From Caecitellus pseudoparvulus (taxonomy: Eukaryota > Protista > Bigyra: Bicosoecida), in the NCBI GenBank assembly GCA_965644315.1, contig CBFFRQ010000054.1, forward strand, positions 124,001 to 188,000: a DNA stretch of 64,000 nucleotides. The letters are read 5' to 3'. A model generated the notes under the pieces. It was not told the DNA's origin, searched no databases, and saw only the letters and a list, made by a program, of their open reading frames with translations. Numbering within the stretch: position 1 is the stretch's first letter; every line of letters begins with the position of its first letter. The position numbers and the translations under genes were made by a program. Below, one piece after another: positions 43,706-53,493 of this stretch.

Positions 43706-44151
43706 GTTGAATTCTAGGGGCACATAGTCGGGGTTACCTCTGCGCCGGCTGCCCAGTTGCGGTGACGAAGCTTTTTGAGTTTTCGTCGCCGATGCGAGCT
43801 GCGTTTCATCTGCGTTTGAGCTGGCGCAGAGCCCTCCTTGGCGCCCTCACTAGAGTAGCGAAATCAAAACGCAACAGGTGGAGACCCGGAACCTGAGACA
43901 CTGTTACGTTGAGGTTTCGAAGTAGCCTTCCATTTATTGCCTAGGTCGTGAGTTACGCCCTGTGGGCTTTGGCGGTATGGAGTAAGCAGACAGCCGTCTT
44001 CCTGCGCATTTTGCAGGCTTGGAGTAGCGCGCCTTGCATGGGAGACTTGGGTTCAATGCAGTGGTGTGCGCCTTTGTTATCTGAAGGCCCTTGGATGAAC
44101 CTTCGCTCCTAAGGCACTCGCCGAGAAGCCACTTGCACAGGGGTGCTGGCA

Positions 44152-46434
44152 ATGGGCCACCATAGAATGGACTCCAGGAGCAGCAGCTTGCCGACCCTTT
44201 CCTCGTACAGGGCTGCTCTGCAGTGCTGCCTGATACACGCCCTCCTTTCTTGTTGCACTGGTTTTCACGAGCCAGCATCGCCAGCATCGCCAGTGTCGCC
44301 AGCATCGCCAGTGTCGTCCGAGCGTGACCCTGGCCTCTCCGCCCGCATTCCACGGGCTCTCAACAAAGCAAGGACTGCGATCTTGATTGAGCCCCGAGAC
44401 CAAAGCACCTGGCGACGGAGCACCCCCATTCTATTGCAAGGCAGGTGTCTTGTCGAACAGGTAGAGGCGGCAGTCGATTCCAACACAATCACGCAACAAG
44501 AGATCTGCATCTTTCCTGAACAAGCCAGTGCAGCACCAGAGGCGACATGCGAGCCCATTTCAGCGCCGCAACTTGAAAGTGGTCGTGTGCGCCTTACTGA
44601 CTTACAGCCTGCTGAGTACGTTGCGCAGCTTCGATGCGGGGCAAGCGCAGAGGAGTGGACCCAGCACACCTTCACTGTCGTGGAAAGCAGCCCACCCAAG
44701 TTCCACAGCCCAGCGATGGAAATGGACGCCTCCTGTGCTGCAGAGGAGGCCCAGCGGGCAGCTGTCGCCGACGGGCTGCCAAGACGAGCTCTTGCTGCAG
44801 TGCTCAGCGACCTAGGGGATGCCAGCGGCCGACGCTCTGCACGGTCCACATGGGCACAACCAGCCCTGCAGCTGACTGCAGTCTTCGTGCTCCCACGCAG
44901 TGCCCTTGAGTCACCCCAGGCAGGAGCGCTCCGAGCGGAGTCAGCTGAGCATGGCGACCTGCTGTTCGTGGACACGCCAGCCACGCGAGTCCCCACGCTC
45001 AGCGCCTTGCAAGCCTTTGGGCGCGGGGGAGTGCCCAGTCGCCCTGATTTCGTTCTCATTGCGCCGTTTGACATGTGGGTAGACATGCCGAGGCTGCTGC
45101 ATCGACTGTCGACGGCACCTCTGCTGCGGTGGGCGGCATGTGCGTCGGCAAACCCAACAGCTGGGCCGTGTGCCCTGTCAGCAGACCTAGTTCTGAACTG
45201 GCCCCCTGGTGTGGTCGACTTCTGGAGTGGCCTGACTGCTGTTGGGGTGCAGGTGCAGGGTCTGGGCAATGCCACAGCACAGTGTCCGGTGCGCGTGTCG
45301 GAGGCAAGTGGGCAAGCGCCCGCCATGCATGGGGCAGACGATGGCGCCTTGGAGGATGCCACTGCGGCACACTGCTCCATGGCAGCCAGCGATGATGCCA
45401 AGGGTGCGCTTGTGCAGGTCATGGGCGTGTGCAAGCGTGCTGGGAGTGCGGCATTCCGCGCAGCACATGCGCCGTGCAGCTCCCCCCACGCGCTGCAGCA
45501 CACGCCCAACTTGAGCGGGCTGCTGGGGTCACACGGCCTGTGTGTTACGGGTGAGGGGCCAGGAACGTTGCTGACAGTGTTCACGACACTGACCATGCCG
45601 CCACCGCCACACAGAACCCAGCAGCAGCATCAGAAGGCTGCCATTCACCGCAACACGATCCGGGCCTTGGTTGCGCTGCGGCCATGGGTGGCTGTGGTGG
45701 TGTTCGTGGGGGACGCGCACACGGCAGCTGCACTGGAGGAGGAAGGCGTCGCGGTGGTTCGAGAGGGGTTCCGGCTGTCCCCCATGGGCATCCCGTACTT
45801 GAAGGACATGTACGGGTGGGTGGAGGAGCACAGTCGAGCTCCCATGCACGGGTACATGAACGCGGACATCCTGTTCGGGCCAGGCCTCGTGGATGCAGCG
45901 GATGTCGTGTTGCGCAGTGTGATGCAGGGGGGGCTGTCATCCAGACTGCTCCTCACTGGCGAAAGGCACAACGTGCGCATGTCCTCCGGTCTGTCACCTT
46001 CCCACAAGCACAGCCTCCCGCTTGGTGCCGGCCTGCGCGCCACCGAGCGCCTCCATGCCTCTCTTGCGCCGCATGCTTGGGCTTGGAACCCATATGGGTA
46101 TGACTACTTCTTCATCACCCGTGGCTCCTGGCACTGGCCATCCATCCCGGACTTTGTGCCTGGCCGACACTTTTACGACCCTTGGCTTGTGACGCACTCT
46201 CACGAGTCCGGCATGGTGCGGGTAGACTCCAGCACGTGCAGCTGGGCCATTCACCAGACAGGCGTTGATGGTCATCGAGCGTGGGAGAGTCCAGATCGGC
46301 CGATGCGAGATTTCAACGTTGACGCGGCGCGTGGATACTCCGGGGGTGGCCTGTCCGACGCTCTGCTAGAGACTTTCACTTGCGCTCTTTGGTGTGAAGG
46401 TGGCGCGGACGCTACATTGAGCGTGCAGTGCTGA
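44152..46434 (+). CDS. Modular glycosyltransferase, paralog 2 (same architecture as 14765-17241)
   Basis: Hydrophobic N-terminal segment, Ig-like module, degenerate GT31-like domain, NADILF GT-A domain. Central 1.23 kb is near-identical to paralog 1. Confidence 0.72.
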   Translation: MGHHRMDSRSSSLPTLSSYRAALQCCLIHALLSCCTGFHEPASPASPVSPASPVSSERDPGLSARIPRALNKARTAILIEPRDQSTWRRSTPILLQGRCLVEQVEAAVDSNTITQQEICIFPEQASAAPEATCEPISAPQLESGRVRLTDLQPAEYVAQLRCGASAEEWTQHTFTVVESSPPKFHSPAMEMDASCAAEEAQRAAVADGLPRRALAAVLSDLGDASGRRSARSTWAQPALQLTAVFVLPRSALESPQAGALRAESAEHGDLLFVDTPATRVPTLSALQAFGRGGVPSRPDFVLIAPFDMWVDMPRLLHRLSTAPLLRWAACASANPTAGPCALSADLVLNWPPGVVDFWSGLTAVGVQVQGLGNATAQCPVRVSEASGQAPAMHGADDGALEDATAAHCSMAASDDAKGALVQVMGVCKRAGSAAFRAAHAPCSSPHALQHTPNLSGLLGSHGLCVTGEGPGTLLTVFTTLTMPPPPHRTQQQHQKAAIHRNTIRALVALRPWVAVVVFVGDAHTAAALEEEGVAVVREGFRLSPMGIPYLKDMYGWVEEHSRAPMHGYMNADILFGPGLVDAADVVLRSVMQGGLSSRLLLTGERHNVRMSSGLSPSHKHSLPLGAGLRATERLHASLAPHAWAWNPYGYDYFFITRGSWHWPSIPDFVPGRHFYDPWLVTHSHESGMVRVDSSTCSWAIHQTGVDGHRAWESPDRPMRDFNVDAARGYSGGGLSDALLETFTCALWCEGGADATLSVQC
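44271..44315 (+). repeat. Coding 9-bp tandem repeat GCCAG(CA/TG)TC x5 (PASPASPVSPASPVS)
   Basis: Directly visible: gccagcatc gccagcatc gccagtgtc gccagcatc gccagtgtc. Confidence 0.9.
44732..45960 (+). repeat. Dispersed direct repeat, copy B, ~96% identical to 15392-16620
   Basis: Line-by-line match to copy A. Confidence 0.97.
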
Positions 46435-46657
46435 TGAAAAATTGAGGTGGCAGTATCTTCACCGCAACCCACCGGAAAGACAAGCAGCTGAGCCTGTGCC
46501 CACGGTAAGGCTGTGTGACCACCAACCGTTGTCATGAGCGAGCGATCCCCCAACAAAAGTCTGTGTTGAAGAAAATGAAAGAAACTGACACCAGGATGCC
46601 AGGTACGCGGGCGGCATTGTAGTACAGCGTCTACTTCACCCACAGCATGCGGTCATC

Positions 46658-49600
46658 ATGGCTGTGCAGCAGGTACGCCGTTTCATCAGAGTTTCGCCGC
46701 GTTTCCCGCTCATGTCGGCCGTTCCCTCCGCAGCCTCAAGAGTTGATATTCTGGTTGAACAGCCTGAAGGGAAGCGAACATGGTGTCTTTGTAGACGGGT
46801 ACGAGGATCTTGTTGACGGGAAGGTCCTCACAGAGGTTGTGGCTGTGCTGCAGGTTCGTGTGGGGCACCGTGTGCGTAACGGCAGCCCTCCCACCCGCCG
46901 ACGCCTGTCGTGTGGTTGCAGAGCAAAATGGGGATTGATCTCGCCCAGAAAGCTCCAACAGACATTTCAGGGTCTCTTCATGTGAGTGACATGCGCTGCT
47001 ACGCCTGCGGGGCAACGAGAGCTTCAATTGGTGTTGCTTGGCTCCTCGCAGTGGTTGCATGCAACGTTTGGCAGTGACGCGCTGCCTCAGCCTTGGAATT
47101 CCTTTGTAGCCCTGGAATTACTTGCAGCTGGTGATACTTCCAACATACCCAGCCTGCTTGGATTTCTGCGCGAGTCCATCGAGGCTGCTGCCCCGCAGTT
47201 GCCCGAAGCCGGCCCGTTGCCCAGCAACCCACACCTCGCTCCTGAGTGGACACCCGGCCGCATCCAAGCACAGCACCAGATCAGGGGGATCGGCCAGTCC
47301 CCCCTCCATCATGGTCCGACAGTTGACAGCGACGGGTGGATTGGCGTTGCTGCTGCGCCGCCTCCCGCAATTGGCCGACGAGCCAGGTCACCCCACCGGA
47401 AGCAAGCCCGGGCGAAGGCGCCTGTCACAGAGACTAGCAGCCACCACCAGGGCCTCTCCAAGGCATCCATACGGAGGAGGGAAGCCCGAGGAGGCGGGGA
47501 TCCCCACCGCAAGCCCGTCTTGACCCGCCGAGCAGCCCACAAGGCACCGTGGGACGCCAGCACACAGCCAGTGCCACCGCCGCATCTGCCTCGCCACACG
47601 CTGTCTGGACATGGTGAAGAGAAGAAAGATCAGGGTGTGCCCCTGCTGATCGACGTGGACAGAGGCCCTGAAGATGTAGGCGGGGGTGGCTCGTTTCGCT
47701 GTGGCAGCATGGTCGACCCAAGGGCCAAGGCCGACCCCGCGCTGGCTGCAGCCCCTACAAGTCTTGACACCACGCAACGCTCTTCCCACACTGAGCAAGC
47801 CGCTTTGACGTCATCCGAGCCCTCTGGGGGCCTTCCACCGCCCTCGCACACTGTTGTGCTCGAGGACGAGGGTGAACAAAACTTGAGGCAGGTTTTGCCA
47901 AAGTTGAGGCGAAGAGAGCACCCTCTGCACCCACTCATCCAAGCCTACTTGGTGGCGTGGTTGAGTTCGCTTGGCATTGACATCCTCCAGCGCTGCCGCC
48001 ACTTGCAACTCCACGCTCGCCGCAGCGGACGTGGCGCGTCGGGGACCAAGGTGCGGCCTTTGCCTGCCACCGCTTGCCAGGCGATCGCGCAGTTGCAGCC
48101 GTACATAAAGCGCCTATTTACGGATGGAGTTGTACTGGCAGAGGTCGTTGCTGCATGCGAGGCCCGCTGTGCTGACCCCATCGCGCTGCAGAAGACAGAC
48201 CCTTCTGCGTGGAAGCCCAGGCTGGTCGCTGGCTCTGCAAGCCCCACTCAGCACTTCGCAGCACCCCTGGAGGGCGCACGCTGCAGCTCACCAAGCGCAA
48301 AGGGCGAACCAGGTACAAATGCTGATGCAGTGCTTTGGTGGCATGGTCTCGAGGACGTTGCGCGCGGAGCAGAGGGGCACAGCGTGTCCCTGACACTCCC
48401 TGACACAGACACGAGCAGGCCGCGCACGTCGAAGGCGGCCTCCCGCAACCTATCCATGTGCCTGGCGGTGCTAAGGCAGCGAATTGGGACGCTGGATGAG
48501 TGCAGGCGACACCTATGGAGCGGACCACTGATACGGACAGGCGAGCTTGGCACAGTTTGGGAGCTGCTGCTTGACATTCACGACGGCTACGCCGCTGTCA
48601 GCTCCGCTGGCCTGGACGATTCCATAGCAACCACAGCATCACACGCAATGGACTTGAGCGGCGCAACAGACCTTTTGGGCCGTGGTGAGCGTGCGCTGTC
48701 TGCAGCTGGATGTGTCTTTAGCTTGCTGCGGGCAGAGGCTGCGGAGCGCGCCATGAACCGCCGTCCGGCTGAGACCCATACTGTCGTCTCCCAAGCTACT
48801 CCACCTCTGCCAGCATCAACTTCAACGAGTCAGCTTTCTTTCCTTGCAGCACGAAAGCCGCCATTGTCTCGTGCAGGGCGCCTGCCGCGGAGCATTCCCG
48901 AGCCCCTCGTGCAGGATCCCATGTCTGCGTGCCCGGCTTTTGTTCAGCAGTTGTGCGTTGAGCTGGAAGGTGACTACCAAGCTGCGGGAAGGGGGTGGTT
49001 GTCCAACCTGTCGACGCTTGCAGGCACCCCGGTGAGGCTGACCAGTGAAAAGGGCCAGACAGGCATTCTGCACAGCCCCATCTCCAACGGCCAGGCCAGC
49101 TTGGACTTGCTTCATGCAGTCATGCGCGCATCACCGAAGCTTCTGAGAGCAATGGAACGACCCGAAGGTTTCCCCGACCCGCTGACCCTTGCACAGGCGA
49201 GGGCATACCACGTGCATGCGTTGCGCAGGCTGCGTCTGTGGGCATCAAAGGGGAAGAAGGCTGGCAAACAGGTGCCAGGCAGAGGCGCCAAGACGTGGCC
49301 CGTATGGAGTGGGCACAGTCTGGACGCTGGGCTTTGGGCCCCTGCTGCCGCTGAAGCTCTGCTCATGGGGCATGTGGAAGTGTTTTGGTGCCTTGCATAC
49401 CACTTGAGCCAGGCGTTCCCCCTTCCAGAGCACGGGGCCACGCTGAAGCCTGCTGCCGCCTCGCCCAGAAAGGCAACACAGATAGCCGTGCAGGCCCAGC
49501 AAGCACACGCAGTGAAGGAGGAAGACTCTGTTGTTCTTCAGTGGCTACGCATGCAGGGAGTTCTGGGGTCGTCCATAGAAGGCCGCGCGGATAGTTTGGA

Positions 49601-50651
49601 CAGCCTGCTCCCTTCCCTGACAGACGGCATTGCTCTGGCCGCCCTCGTGAACAGCGTGTCCGGTTCACTGGGTGTTGGCCACCCTCGTGGCGTCCAACGG
49701 CGAACGGCCCCCGTCAAGCAGCTGCACTCTCCAGCTCTGTCCACCAGACAGCGCCGTGAGAACATGTTGAAGGTGTTTGGTGCTGTGCGGCAGCTCACGC
49801 GGCGCAGCGCTGGCCTCTCACCAGCTGATGCCACCGCGGCGGCACAGGGAAAGAAGGAACCCCTTTCTGCGGTTTTACATGTACTGTACGCCGTTGCACA
49901 CGGAAGTTGTGCGCCCCGCTCACTCCAGCCCAGGACCAGCAGTGCATCAGGCGCACAAGGTGCTCCGCCTCACACCTACACAAGGGAGATGGAAGCAGTG
50001 CCGTCCGCTGCTCGGCCAGGCGTCACTTTCCGCTTGGATGCTGAACAGGGTGCTGCTGGTGACTTGACAAGCTCGCAAAGTGCTGGTGGTGGCATGGTGC
50101 TGCGAGGAAGCCCCCAGCAAGTCCCTTCTGAATCTCCTTCGAAGCCGGCCAGCCACCTGCCCGGCCGCAGGCAGAGGTTGGCTCGGCAAAAGGGGCAGCA
50201 CCGCCAACAGGAATGCCTGCAGCGACTTGCCGCGCCTGCTGTGCCGGAGCCCCCGCCCAGGCAAGTCGTGTCTGACTCCACAGCTGCCAGTCTCCAGGCG
50301 TGGCTGTCACGCCTGGGGGTGAACCTGGAACAACCTTGGGCACTCCAGAGCGAACACGCACCCGAGTTTTCCGATGGACTGGTGCTCGCTCGCGTTGTAG
50401 AAGCCTGTGAGCACGCGAACCTTCGCAGTGGCATTCCGGGGCTTGACATCGCTCCCCGAAGCGGAGCAGCCAAACTCGCGAACATTCGACGAGCGCTGGA
50501 GGTGCTGCAGACCAACCGCGACATGCCCCTGCAGTTTCTCTGGTCAGAAGAAGATATTCGTGCGGGGCACGCTGCAGTCATCGTTCCCCTCCTCTTGCAG
50601 ATGAAGAAGGCCTATCGCCTTGTCGGGCGCCGCGCAGATAGGCCAGCATGA
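46658..50651 (+). CDS. Multi-calponin-homology (CH) domain protein; several 5' introns (first 46673-46733)
   Basis: At least four repeats of 'L..WL..L ... (F/L).DG..L..(V/L)V ... N....L..L': LIFWLNSL/LVDGKVLTEVV; LVAWLSSLG/FTDGVVLAEVV; VLQWLRMQG/LTDGIALAALV; LQAWLSRLG/FSDGLVLARVV. Confidence 0.7.
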
Positions 50652-51176
50652 GTACGTTCCTGGCGTTTTCCAGCGGAGTCACCGTCGGCCCCAGTCTACG
50701 CGGTTGGGAACGAACTGTGCTCCTGTACCTCTCCTCACAAAGAATGCTAAAGATTGCAGAATTCGTTGATGGATCTTGATTGAATATGCCCAGCAAAACT
50801 TCCTTGCGTTCGAGTTCACGACACCTACCAGCCAAGGCTGCCTCAAGTGTGCTCGATCAGACCTGCATTGTATCCAAAGTCTTGGGTTACTGCGGTTAAA
50901 TGCTCCTACCCAGCTGCAGCCTGGCCATGTTTCCTTGCAGAGACGATCCAGAGTGCATTGGTGCTCCGCAGAACATGGGAATGCGCATGATGCATGAAGG
51001 AGTGTTGTGCTTCCTGTCCGATCTGGCAAGCACCTTCTAGCGTGCGAAGGTCGAGATTCTTTGCACCAGACAAACTTGACGCCTCGAAAGATGCCATGGC
51101 AGCTCAGGTATCAACAAAGTCCTACTTCCAACTTGGCCGAAGGCTATCTTGTGGACCGGCACTGAACACTTTCCGG

Positions 51177-52664
51177 TCAATCAGACGCACACTCCTGGTG
51201 CATGGGAAGCGTCATGAACAGCTCAGACAATTCCTTCACTGGTTCCTCAGACAATGAAAGAGTCGCATTCCGCAGTCCCCACATGCCGTACCTGTCCAGG
51301 CACTTTATCTTGTTGGCCGCACCAATTACGTAGTTGGCGTGGACGAGCCGCGGAGCCTGCAAGGGTTGTGAGGGCAAGCACGCCCAGTTCCCTGTGCTCC
51401 ATCGCTTCCCATTGGGGATGGAGCAAAACATTTTCTCCCCTGTGTCTAAGATGCTATGTCTGTAGGGGCGGCGATAGGCTCGATGCTGCCGGGCGTGAGC
51501 AGCAAAGGCCAGCTGGTCATAGGCTCCTTCCCCGTACGCTGCCCCGTCAAGCAAGAAGAACGTTGACCAGCGTGGCCTCGCTATAAAGAGCCCTGTGTTC
51601 CACTCTCTCCAAGGTTCATGGAGTTCGTTGACGTCGGTCATCAGCGCCAGGGCGCAATGCCGGGAGTGCACCCAGTCTTCCACCTCCTCCACGGCCCCTT
51701 TCCCAGAGTAGGCAATGTCCACGTCATGGAAGAAGACTGTAAAGCCCTGCACCAAGAAGGCACGCACGATGATGTGCTTCACCCGCGTCAGCTCGTTGTA
51801 GTTCTGTTGGCCATATTTGGCTTCGGCTGTCGCGTTGAGAGCAGTGAGTACGAACTGAGCTTCGCGCATGTCAAGCCACTCCGGCCGCGCCAAAAGAGTT
51901 GGGACGCCATGAGCTTGGAGAATGGACAAAGCCTCGCGATCAAGCGCAACAATCAGGAATCGCTCCGTCCCAGCCTGTACCAGAGAGCGTGCCAAGTTCA
52001 CTGCCAGCGCCACATGGCCGGCATTGGTGACGGCGAGAAGCACAGTGTTGCCTCTCGGCCTGATTGCGGACTGCACAATACACATTTCGGCAACTGTAAG
52101 GCCGGGGATATCCCGAGGCTGCCAGAGCGTCTGCATGCCATACGGGTTCGGGGGTGGCATTGGCAGTCCCACGGCATCCCAGGCTTCTTTCTGAAAGGTG
52201 TCAGACCAAGAGGTACAGTGCTTCGGGCTAGAGGGAAGGATGCTATTCCAAGAGGAGGAGGCTGCAACTCACAGATCGATGCACTTCAGTGAACTTCGTG
52301 GCATCCTCCTGCTGAGAGTGCGGGACAGTTTGAGACACGGCGTGCGGGAATGTAGATTGATGTGGCAGCTGAGGAGCGAGATGAACAGCGCCGCAAGGCA
52401 AAGTTCTGAAAGCAAGAAGCACAGAATTCTTCGCACCTTATCGTTTGCTAAGCTGGGCAGCCCTGGGGCGGGCTTGTGGAGTGCGGCAACGTCACTAGCG
52501 GAGAACTGACCCCGCTGGGAAATTCCGCACGCAGAGGCTTGGGTTCCACAAGCTACGTGAACAGAGAAGGCAGGGGACTGAAGGCACCCGAGACAAAACA
52601 GAAGTCGCACTGCTCTGACTACGCCTGCTGTAAACCAGCTGTGAGGTGAGGTGCGCACCCTCAT
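51177..52664 (-). CDS. GT77-type nucleotide-diphospho-sugar transferase (PF03407-like); introns 52369-52436 and 52191-52272
   Basis: NTVLLAVTNAGH..AVNL..FLIVALD..K..IVRAFLVQGFTVFFHDVDI (DxD)..NTGLFIARP..DQ..F..LVHANY..K. Two phase-0 introns link to an upstream signal/anchor exon (MRVRTS..VRLLFCLGCL). Confidence 0.85.
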
Positions 52665-53493
52665 GCTCTGCGTTGGGAAACTTGCGTTGGTGCAACCGAA
52701 GCCAACTGACACTGTGACAGACAGCAGTCACGATATAATTTTTGGCAGTCCATTCAAAAGTGCAAGGCTGGGTGGGTCGGCTATGGAGCGAGGGGTCTCG
52801 TCAGAATTGCCTACAATCGCCGCACTGAACGGCGGCTGTTCAGGCCAGTGGCGGGTTTCCCAGCTGGTGAGGCTCGATTGAGGCCCTCGGGGGCAGGAAA
52901 GCAGAGACGGCTTTGTGTTTGACGGCCATCGAAACTAAATGGCTGCGCTCCGTCCGCAGTGGGTAGAAATGGATCGAAGCAAGGTTTGCTTGAATCCATC
53001 AACATGACAGCGGCAGTACCCGCGGTCCACGGCCCCACCTACCATGCCAACACCTGCAAACCGTAGCAAGGGTAGAGAATGACTTGTGGCTGGCTATGGT
53101 TGGAAGGATCAGTGCAAACGTCCGCTGCCTTGTGCTTGGGAGGTGGGAGGCGTGGACTTCAAGGCGGCCGACAGAACTGAGGAGAGAAACTGTCACATTG
53201 TACACAAACCAAGGCATGATGTTCTTCATCATCTTGCATGATTTCTGCCTGAAGTTATTGGGGTGCACGCACTACGTGCCTTGTCAGTCAGGGTCAGAAG
53301 TGGAGTGCGTGTGTATTTGGCGATCGCCTGCACCTCCAAAAGTCTGCAATGTAGCCGCCATGCACGAATAGTGTTATTCCAAAAACCAGGCAAGGTCGTT
53401 CATGTGGCTCACATGGGCCATCTTTCGTGCCAATCTACTCTCCACTTCAACCACTCGCAGGGATGCAAACATGTATCCCTCTGCATCAACGTC

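Noticed and set aside
15392-45960. Diversity-generating retroelement (TR/VR pair) as the explanation for the repeat
   Set aside because: Mismatches are not adenine-specific, both copies are coding, and no reverse transcriptase is present in the window.
52700-53490. Short ORFs between GT77 and GT paralog 3
   Set aside because: No motif or convincing exon chain; treated as intergenic/UTR.
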